DNA from: Octopus sinensis
Taxonomy: Eukaryota
Direction: 5' to 3'
Assembly: GCF_006345805.1 (NCBI RefSeq)
Contig: NC_043014.1
Coordinates: forward strand, 28,520,001-28,584,000
Length of the DNA: 64,000 nucleotides
The notes beneath the pieces were generated by a model, which saw only the letters and a program-made list of their open reading frames with translations, was not told where the DNA came from and did not search any database. The first letter of the stretch is position 1; every line of letters starts with the position of its first letter. Below are positions 53,841 through 64,000 of this stretch, piece by piece. The position numbers were made by a program, and so were the translations under genes.

Positions 53841-54281
53841 TAAAACTATTAGTTGCTCTTTCGTAATGTGTATTAAATTAATATTTATCTCTCACTGGAG
53901 GGAGTACTTTTTTTTCTGATTCTACCTACATGGGATATATATTTGCATATATATAAATATATACATGCACGCGCATGTACGTGTGTGTATATATACATGC
54001 ATGTATATCACTATGTTCCAAGTTGCTGGTAACTGTTTTGCTCCAAGTAATCTAAAATTTTGCAAAAAAGCACATCTTTATGAGAGAGATTTTCTGATAG
54101 TCTGTAAAGCTAGGTATCACCATTTACACTAGTAATATTCATTACACACACATTTCTGTGTCTATATATAGGCGCAGGAGTGGTTGTGTGGTAAGTAGCT
54201 TGGGCAAGTGTCTTCTTCTATAGCCTCGGGCCGACCAAAGCCTTGTGATTGGATTTGGTAGACGGAAACTCAAAGGCCATC

Positions 54282-54313
<32 letters not shown>

Positions 54314-54318
<5 letters not shown>

Positions 54319-55040
54319 TCAATTTAGGGTAGCAAAAAATTCAGTAAAAATTTATCGCTACCAGCGGCCTAGTGGAAAAGAGAAAATAGTCAAAGACTAA
54401 ATATATATAAATATAACAATTTAGGAATGGCCTAAACAGGCCATTCGTCCACCAGAAAGAGCAGCCAGAACTCCAACCGCCAAGTAGTGAAATTCGGAAA
54501 TAAGGTGAAAATTTAAAAACGTTTACCCTAATTCATCTTTTATACGATGCATCGTTTCAGTGTCTTTAATGATAGACCAGCTTAATTAAATTAAATTAAG
54601 CTAGTCTACCATAGGTCACACTTCATCAGTAAAAGAAACCTGGGAGAGACGGATATACACGAGGCGACTGTATCAATGCCTCGGGAATATCTGTCTTAAA
54701 ATTTTCAAGACCAACGCATTCGCGCCAAACTTATCGGCAGCAAATATAAACTGCCGATTCAATCTCAGAATTAGTCAGAAAATTATCAATTAATCAATTT
54801 AGGGTAGCAAAAAATTCAGTAAAAATTTATCGCTACCAGCGGCCTAGTGGAAAAGAGAAAATAGTCAAAGACTAAATATATAAATATAACAATTTAGGAA
54901 TGGCCTAAACAGGCCATTCGTCCACCAGAAAGAGCAGCCAGAACTCAACCGCCAAGTAGTTGGCGGTTGGAGTTCTGGCTGCTCTTTCTGGTGGACGAAT
55001 GGCCTGTTTAGGCCATTCCTAAATTGTTATATTTATATAT
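54314..55040 (-). mobile_element. Non-coding partial-tandem plus inverted element (475-bp period) with Penelope pseudo-LTR architecture
   Basis: 54314-54488 is directly repeated at 54789-54960, then inverted (CCGCCAA-GTAG-TTGGCGG) to about 55040. (TA)n on both flanks. Confidence 0.9.
54536..54636 (-). ncRNA. Type I hammerhead ribozyme with complete core and long stem II
   Basis: TCTTTTA CTGATGA AGTGT-[ATGGTAGACTAGCTTAATT..AATTAAGCTGGTCTATCAT hairpin]-ACACT GAA ACGATGCATCGT A TAAAAGA. GUA cleavage predicted between 54543 and 54542. Confidence 0.9.
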
Positions 55041-55041
55041 A

Positions 55042-55115
<74 letters not shown>

Positions 55116-55365
55116 ATATAAATATAACATTATATATATATATATATATATGCGTGTGTATGTTTGTGTGTCTGTGTTTGTCCCCCTAGCATTGCTTGAC
55201 AACCGATGCTGGTGTGTTTATGTCCCCGTAACTTAGCGGTTCGGCAAAAGAAACCGATAGAATAAGTACTGTGCTTACAAAGAAGAATAAGTCCCGGGGT
55301 CGATTTGTTCGACTAAAGGCGGTGCTCCAGGATGGCCGAAGTCAAATGACTGAAACAAGTAAAAG

Positions 55366-55426
<61 letters not shown>

Positions 55427-55667
55427 TGCCTTTTACCCTAACTCTCCGTACGTATCTCTTTTATCGCCTACTTTCTCCTCTTTTCTAGAGTATTCTCCGT
55501 GCATACGACGAAGTGTTATGTCCACAGCATCACACCTAACCTTCACTTTATAACTATTTTTCTCCATCACCAAACTAATTATATCCACTGTGAAAGTCAT
55601 CATGTATTTGAAATGGTCATTTGTTTTACGTACATGCACACATACATACATAAATACATACATACAT

Positions 55668-55703
<36 letters not shown>

Positions 55704-56297
55704 TATGTGTGTGTGTTTCTTGTGTGTATGAATTTGTCGGCAAGCTGGCAGGATCGTTAGCACGCCTGACAATATGCTGCGTCTGTCTTTACATTCTGTG
55801 TTCAAATTCCCTCGGAGCCAACGTAGACTTTCATCCTTTCAGGGTCGATAAAATATGTACCAGTTGAGCATTGGGGTCGATATAATCGACTTACCCCTCC
55901 ACTCCACGCCCTCACAAAATTACTGACCTTGTGCTAAAATTTGAAAACAATGGCTACCATATCGATACTTCTGACATAGAGGGAAACATCACTTTATTTG
56001 CATATTAAAGGAAAGCTGTTACTTCGGGCTAAGAAAGTTTGATGCGTACTCCAGCTTTAACATTTAATACAGAAGTAAGTGCAGACTGACTCGTTGATAT
56101 TTCAGAAAGTGATGTCATGTCAACCAGAGGTCAGTCTTTGCAGCCAAACCTCTAAGAACTGTGAAATTAATTACAATCGAAATCATTTAGCGGTTTGGGA
56201 TTATTTAAAACTTAAGTGGGTTTTACGCGTGCGACACAAATTTTGCCTCTCGCGTATAATAAAAAAAAATAATTTTAATAATAGTTAAAAGAAACCT

Positions 56298-56385
56298 GTT
56301 TGCGCATGCGTAAGGAGCTGAATCACACACTCACGCGAGCCCCGACAGCGTGACCTACATAGAGTGTCTAGACTGATATGGTGAG
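56298..56385 (+). promoter_or_regulatory. Possible promoter or first exon (NRF1-like TGCGCATGCG motif, CpG-richer patch, ATG|GTGAGT donor)
   Basis: Motif matches only; no transcript evidence. Confidence 0.25.
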
Positions 56386-56720
56386 TCTAGACATCGGTGA
56401 TAACATTTGTGTATCTCCTGGACACTTGATGTCATAATTTAATTGAACTACATACTTCAGACATACACGCATCAACACTCGTATATATATTCTCATACGA
56501 ATGACAAATACCTGCACAGCATGAAGAAAATGTGTAATGAATCATAGTTAATTGGAAATAAATACACCTAAGTAATAATCAAAACAATTTTGAAAACAAG
56601 GTGTATATAAGTGTGCATGCGAGATAAATTTATACACACACACGCATACACACACAGATATATATAAAAAGAAAATATTGTGTTTATATGTGCCTATACA
56701 TAAACACATATGTATATATG

Positions 56721-56812
<92 letters not shown>

Positions 56813-57792
56813 ATTGGTGAATTGAGGAAATGGAGCTGAACGCAGATTGAACAGAAATCGTTTTATTTCATTCTACACGTGTTTCGAAAGGCACAAATTA
56901 CCAAAATCCGATTGAATAATGGGACCATATTGTGTCTTTCTCTTCAGGAAGAAAAAAGGAAATCCGTTAGAGAAACAAAAACAGAACAGAGGCGGAGCAA
57001 AAACCAAATATATATAATCATGTGTGTATACAAATATATATCAATACGTAGTTTACCTGTTTCCACGTGTTTATTTTTCATAATTGAGTCACAAGACTAA
57101 TGGTGTCTTGACGAACCTGTTTGTCGTGAAATAGAATTTAATTCAAGAGCATGGCAGTGTCTACAAAATGCTGAGGTAAAAAGGTCAGACACTATGCTTA
57201 AGGCTTCAAGTGCAAAGACAACACAATAAGAAATGACAAAACACAGTAGAGTGTAATAACCGCAACAATAAATGATCCTCATTGTAATAGTAACAAACGC
57301 TTAAGAGAAGCTAGTAGCAAAAATAAACACCTGTAAGTGTAATAACTTCAATAAAAATCAAAGGAGATCGCAGATTATGAGATCACTGTACCAGCAACGC
57401 GCCTAACAATGCCTGTGACATTTATAATAAAAAGAAGCGAAACAATTAAGCGATAATTGTCGTTCTTTATAAAGATGATCGTGTTTCAGTATACAAGGAT
57501 AACTTGATACAATTAGGTTTACACAAAAAGAAGACTAAAAGAGATTCGTGTGACTGTTTAATAATAGATAGACAACCACTTCTAGCATCGGGAATTTATA
57601 ATGCAAAGCAATTTGCTAACGTGATCTGATCTATCGAGAAGAAGAAAGGTGCAAGGCAACCACTGTGTGCTAGTTATCTTTGCTAGACACTTGTTGAAAA
57701 ATAGTGTCCTTGAGCTAAAGAAAGCTTAAAAGAACTGCGTTTCTGTTTACCTTCATAACGATTTTCTTTTTCAAACAATTCTCTCTCAATTT

Positions 57793-57834
<42 letters not shown>

Positions 57835-57873
57835 GCACACACACACGCACATGTTTATACATACATACATACA

Positions 57874-57909
<36 letters not shown>

Positions 57910-58420
57910 TATACATATATATATATACATGCATACATACATACATACATACATACAACATACATACATACATACATACGTACATACATACGTGTGTGTG
58001 CGTAAGTGAGTGTATATGTACAGAAATTCATCACGTTATCACGTTACGAAAGTGATGCGTTCCCGAAAATATTGTCGTATCTTGAAGCCCTGTATTGCGA
58101 AATTTATTTTCACGTTGATTTTTATATTATAAAGTGAGATGTGTTACGACAATTTCCTTTTCTTCTTTTTCTTTGAAACAATAAGAAAACAAGTAGCACA
58201 ACCACTTTTATGCACGGAAATAACAATTTCTAAGCATCCACAATACAATATGTGTATAAATAAACATTTCTAGAGAAACGCGTTAGGGTCTAAGTAAGAA
58301 TCGTAATATATTAATAATGTATGTTGTTATCACACAAGATGTTGACTACTGGGTGAGTGGTGGTGGAATGAGAGTTACCGGGAGGAGGAGGTGGGACACT
58401 GTCTTTTATTTTATACTGTA

Positions 58421-59014
58421 CTAGCAGTATTGCTCGGCTCAACGGGGATTTCAGGGGAGAGTTTCAGGGAGTCGCTGGCGATGTATCGTGATGATCAAAA
58501 ATCCGGCCTGCTAAAATTTGGTTAAAGTGATTCAAACTGCAGACTCAACGCAAAATGGTCACATTTAATTCAAAGCGTTAAAAATGTTATGAAAACAATT
58601 GGTATTTGTTCACAAAGTCCAAACGATTAACACGAAAAAACCCTCCAGGTTACATCCTGAAAATTCATTTCTTTGCCGAATTTCTACAATGTTTACGGCG
58701 ATTCGTTTTTATATCTTGATTTTTAAAATTTTTCATGCAATTTACGCATGCTTGCACGCGTGGTGAACACAGTTCACGTCAAACAGCTGACTGAGTAAAG
58801 TTCACTATTCAATGCATGGGATAAGGGCTAAACAAACACATTATAGATTTTTGCACTTGCGAGATGAATTTCGGAACAGAATAGCGCAGTTCAATTTTCA
58901 TTCACCTAAACTTTAAGTGACCCTATTTTGGTGGTTCTACGATTTGTTGGCTAGGAGGAGATGTGCCGGGAAGTTAAACACACAGACACACAAGTTGAGT
59001 TTTATATATATAGA
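58421..59014 (-). mobile_element. Non-autonomous Helitron-like element
   Basis: Minus strand begins A|TCTATATATATAAAA and ends ..CCCCGTTGAGCCGAGCAATACTG-CTAG|T: TC...CTAG termini in an AT target with no TSD. The subterminal hairpin is degenerate. Confidence 0.7.
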
Positions 59015-59847
59015 TTATCAACTTCTGCTTGAGGAGTGAAGAACTTACACAAAGTTGCCTGATAATTATGGTGCTGCATCTCTTTGCTCAGCTCAGTGTC
59101 GGAACTTAGCTCATTGTAAACTATTCTTGTAATTTGTATGTCACATTCACATTTAGGGTCGTTTTCAGGAAAAATTGCCGACCTTCTTCTATAAGTTCTA
59201 AGCTTCTAACAACATTATTTGTAGTAAATTTAAACGGAGTTGCTGGAATTTCCGTATTTTCATCTCTATTCTCGGTTTCCTCTTGTTCTACCAGCATAGT
59301 TCCTCGTTAGATAAACTTTTCTATTAGACACTAGCAACTAAATCACATCATCCTCTGTGATTTATTGAAACCCTACATAATTTGCATGTCTCAATATATC
59401 TCTCTGTATTTCATGTAGACTTTTGCTTGTGGAAGAATTGTAAAGTCATGAAAACGATTAAGCTATGTATTTATCCAAGCATCATTCAAAGTTGGTGGAG
59501 GCGCGTGGCTTAGTGGTTAGGGTGTCAGGCATCATGGTCGTAAGATTGTGGTTTCGATTCCTGGACCGAGTGACGCGTTGTGTTCTTGAGCAAAACACTT
59601 TATTTCACGTTGCTCCAGTCCACTCATGCATATATATATATATATATATTTAGTCGCCATGATAGATCATTAGCCACTTCACACATTTTTTCTCTCTTTG
59701 TTTCTCTCCTTGTTTTTTCTGTGTCCCTTTCTGTAGAAGAGCGTAGGCTCGAAACGTAAAGGACTTTTTCTATTCCTGAGCGTTATACTAATGCATGTTT
59801 GTTTTGTACACCACCTGTCTTCGTCTTTTGTTTTTTTCTTAAACTCT

Positions 59848-59909
<62 letters not shown>

Positions 59910-59911
<2 letters not shown>

Positions 59912-60390
59912 CTAAGTAATTAAGGGTTTAGCAACGATTTGCCTCACCACACACCGAATTTAGAAATAGCAGTCAAAAAGTTTTGGCTATTCTTTCTACT
60001 TAAAAGGGAGATCCCAGTAAAACCAAAGAACTTAAAAAGCAAACGACGCAGGCAACAGAGAAAGAAATGACGAAAATCATTCTATATTAAGTCACCTACG
60101 GACGTACGTTTCGGAATTAAGTCATTGCAGAGCATAAAAATTAAATAATTATGTCTTACCTGACTATTTTCCTCCTCAGCGTAGGACTCTTCAATCATAA
60201 ATAATTGCGTCTCAATCATTAATAATTGTGCATTAAATTTAAAGGCACTAGAAGACATCACCTCAAATCGTTGCTAAACCCTTAATTACTTAGTATTACT
60301 TAAACCTTCCTTGAATGGGGCTTTTACATGCCGAACTCTACTTGGTGAAATTAATGATTATTTCTAAATTAATTAATTTCACCCTTTATT
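59910..60390 (-). mobile_element. Non-coding hammerhead-bearing element bounded by a perfect 32-bp inverted repeat
   Basis: TACTAAGTAATTAAGGGTTTAGCAACGATTTG (59910-59941) is the reverse complement of 60264-60295. An extra hairpin GGTGAAATTAAT/ATTAATTTCACC lies at about 60347-60383. (TA)n on both flanks. Confidence 0.85.
60095..60185 (-). ncRNA. Type I hammerhead ribozyme with canonical core and GUC cleavage site
   Basis: CCTACG CTGAGGA GGAA-(AGTCA/TGACT, CATAA/TTATG extensions)-TTCC GAA ACGTACGT C CGTAGG. Cut predicted between 60101 and 60100. Confidence 0.92.
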
Positions 60391-60394
60391 ATTG

Positions 60395-60425
<31 letters not shown>

Positions 60426-61125
60426 TGTATACACATATACACATATGCATAGATGCCCATAGGACGTGAACAACCGTAAACAATAAGAACACAAATGAGT
60501 TCAATACGTAAACGACAAGAGAAACAAATAGAAAATAGGACAGTGAAGATATACAAGAAAACAGAACGAAAATAAACATGGAGGGTCGTTAGACAAGAAC
60601 GAGAGTAAAATAGCTAACGCTGGAGAAATATTTTCTTTGAAAAGAGAAAAGATAGAAGAGGAAGATAGAATACGTCCAAGTTTTATGACAGTCCTGAAAG
60701 AAAAGAAAGATGGACGATGGTCACGTGTGAGCAATGATAGAAGGAAAAGAGGGAGAGAGTGAGGGAGACAGATACAAAACGGTGAAGAGGAGAAAATGGG
60801 ACTTAGAAACGGATGGGGAGAAAACAGTATACAGCAGAGCTGCATCAAAAATATATATACTATGTATATATATATATTATGAATATATATATAAATATAT
60901 ACTCTTTTACTCTTTTACCCTTTTACTTGTTTCAGTCATTTGACTGTGGCCATGCTGAAGCGCCGCCTTTAGTCGAGCAAATCGACCCCAGGACTTATTC
61001 TTTGTAAGCCTAGTACTTATTATATCGGGCTCTTTTTGCCGAACCGCTAAGTTACGGCGACGTAAACACACCAGCATCCGTTGTCAAGCGATGTTGGGGG
61101 GACAAACACGGACACACAAACACAT

Positions 61126-61156
<31 letters not shown>

Positions 61157-61192
61157 CATATACGTATACATACACACTTATATAGATATATG

Positions 61193-61285
<93 letters not shown>

Positions 61286-62181
61286 CGCATGAGTAACATG
61301 AAAAAGTGTGTATTGCATATATAGTTTACTTATACCTACGCGCGCGCACACACAAACAAACACACACACACATTCATATAGACACACACACGCGTGCACA
61401 CACATATATATTCCCATTACATTTAACTTTTGTTCCATATAAATTTACTTCCATGCATTTTTTTCTGTAAACTAGTTTTTGTTTTTCCATGATTCATATT
61501 ACTTCTATCTCTTTATATATTTTGAATTAATTCTACTTTCTGTATATTCTGTCTCGTACATTTTCATTCTTCGTATATCTTTCCATCATTTCAGTTAATC
61601 TTTCTCAACATAGCATAGTTTTCACCCTTTTTCACACGTAACAGTCCTTCCTCCCCACGCTTATCTCCAATTCAATTTTCATTTGATGTTTAATATTTGC
61701 AACTTAGTTTATTTAAATTTCGTGAGATTCACTTAAGCATCGCTCACAATTAAACGATTCTTAGCTCTGCATGTGTGGAATAGTAAAATACAATACGAAG
61801 AGTTTCTCGAAAATAAGGTAGATATAGTTTGCTCTTTTATGTAAGATTGAATATATGCCAAAAATCTGATATCAGTTTCTCGATTCGGTATTGCCGAACA
61901 AGTATTCCGAAAATTGTTCAGACTGAATATGGCAAATCTTTACCATTGATTATACATAAAACGAGTGTTTTACTCTTCATAATACTCTCATATGTTTTCA
62001 ATGTATATTAATGACGAGACGATTACAATGCAAGATGACCCACAGCATAAGTTGGTGGATTTGGTAACAACATTTTCTTTCTGTTTCATTTATACGCCAT
62101 TAATCGCTTAGTTAAATTAATATAAGACACCTACGTATACCTATCATGATAAAATTAATACACATACTCTCTCTCTCCCTC

Positions 62182-62395
62182 TTTACTCTTTTACTTGTTT
62201 CATTCATTTGACTGCGGCCATGCTGGAGCACCGCCTTTAATCGAGCCACTCGACCCCGGGACTTATTCTTTGCAAGCCCAGTACTTATTCTATCGGTCTC
62301 TTTTGCCGAACCGCTAAGTAACGGGGACATAAACACACCAGCATCGGTTGTCAAGCAATGCTAGGGGAACTAACACAAACACACAAACACACACA

Positions 62396-62444
<49 letters not shown>

Positions 62445-62577
62445 CGACGGGCTCACAAGGCTTTGGTTGGCTCGAGGCTATAGTAGGACACTTGCCCAAG
62501 TTGCCACGCAGTGGGACTGAACCCGGAACCTTGTGGTTGGTAAACAAGCTACTTACCACACAGCCACTCCTGCGCCT
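62182..62577 (-). mobile_element. Full-length tRNA-derived SINE family A; partial copies at 23555-23730, 26180-26390, 30320-30445, 30790-30960 and 60905-61110
   Basis: Head AGGCGCAGGAGTGGCTGTGTGGTAAG..GGTTCCGGGTTCAGTCCC, central (TA)n/(TG)n, tail GGCGGTGCTCCAGCATGGCCGCAGTCAAATGA.TGAAACAAGTAAAA. Consistent with the tRNA-derived octopus SINEs (OK/OR types); the exact family was not determined. Confidence 0.9.
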
Positions 62578-64000
62578 ATTCATGATACATATATACGTAT
62601 CATGAACAATTCCATCACAATGCTGTTTTATACCCAAGAAAAGGATGTTATACTAGTAAAGCAAGTTAAGGAAATCGTTAGAAAATCATTTAATTAGCTT
62701 TTGTGCTCTGTGCTCCTTATTGCTAAATAACGAAGCTATTCTGAATATATCTTCATCTTGCAACCACACCAGTTACCACATCTTTAACCATTCTTTACCA
62801 AATCTAGAGTTGAATTTTCATCTGCACAACACTTTCCTTCAGTTGATACGCAGAACAAGCTGTTATTTTAAATTCGTCATCATGTATACAGAAAAATTAT
62901 AAAACTATCAGTTTCCATCTGTTCTACGTGAATATACGGCAGATTTTTTACATTTGATGCAATACACAAAACGATCTGTAGATTAAAGGTGTCATTATTC
63001 TATCTCTTTTGTGCCAAATGTCCTTATTTCCTGTAACAACCCGTTATCTTTTTAGTTTTTCTATCATCTATATAAAGAGAATGTAGGTCATTTGGTTGCT
63101 TTCAGATAACACAATGGTCTGAAAAGAAAGTTTCGAAACTGCAAAGAATACAAAAATATAAAATTATAATCATTTTGTTTGACATTGCTGATACATTATG
63201 AGAATCAGATGTATATTAGTCAATTATATCTAGTTATGCCACATAAATATCTTGAAACTTTTGTCTATACAGTAGAACATTAAAGATTAATAATGTAACA
63301 ATATCTCCGAATACATTCTTTATCATTACCATTTAATACTAAGCACAGGAGATTGAGGTTAAACTTCTTCCTCGCTGTGTTAGCGGTTTATATTAAATAC
63401 GGATATTTGGTGTCAAATTATTGATAATGTGAATAAAATTAAAATGAGGATTAATTAATTTTATATGTAAGACTAGGTTTCAAAGATTTTCCAACATTTG
63501 AAACATATTCTCGGTCTAATGATACAAGTTACCAAACTGTATCGTCGACCTTATCATAATGGGAAGCAGAATCTGCTCACATGGGCATTACCACTATCAC
63601 ATAGATGATGTTACAGATTCATGTATATATAATGTTTGAGTAGGGACCCATTTTCGCATTTCCATAAATGCTTCTTCACCGATAATGCCTTTTATATTTA
63701 AAAAAAACCCTGAATATGTGTTCTCTTGGTGACAGGTATTCACAAGCATAATTTCTTTCCTAGATGTCCGTAAATAGAAATACTGAGTATTCAAAATAAT
63801 GTGCAATGAGACAATTCGATCATCAGTAGCTTGAACACAAATCTATAACAACATCGCAACCTTGTTACTTGGATCAAACTGTATATTTCAAAATGAACCA
63901 TTTATATCTTAACCCAGCTCAGATACATTTGCTATTAAAGCGTTACGTCAATCGTTTGAAATAGGAGTTTAATCATTAGAAATATTATTGGAATGTTTTG

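Larger units (their letters stand above)
54170..55365 (+). mobile_element. SINE family A split by an insertion in its central (TA)n tract
   Basis: Head at 54170-54285 and tail at 55150-55365 (ending GGCGGTGCTCCAG.ATGGCCG.AGTCAAATGACTGAAACAAGTAAAA). Confidence 0.85.

Overview
AT-rich, microsatellite-saturated eukaryotic genomic DNA. The SINE families, (TA)n/(CA)n/(TATC)n/(ATGT)n load and LINE remnants suggest an Octopus or other coleoid cephalopod; this is inferred, not verified. No intact protein-coding gene is evident, and nearly all long ORFs in the track are microsatellite translations. The window holds decayed retroelements (two R4/Dong-type RLE non-LTR elements, CR1/L2-group LINE pieces, and three Penelope-like elements with RT and/or GIY-YIG remnants), four tRNA-derived SINE families, Tc1/mariner and piggyBac derivatives, and a Helitron-like element. 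The most striking signal is a recurrent class of short non-coding foldback or tandem elements, mostly beside (TA)n, that carry type I hammerhead ribozyme (HHR) motifs. Two have complete canonical cores (54536-54636 and 60095-60185, minus strand), one is near-canonical (3605-3677), several are core variants, and one is a tRNA-headed SINE whose tail is an HHR-like Penelope-type terminus. HHRs in Penelope termini are an established association; these particular families, their density and the SINE-HHR chimera are what merit follow-up. Scattered exon-like segments on both strands hint that the window may be intronic, but no host gene could be identified.
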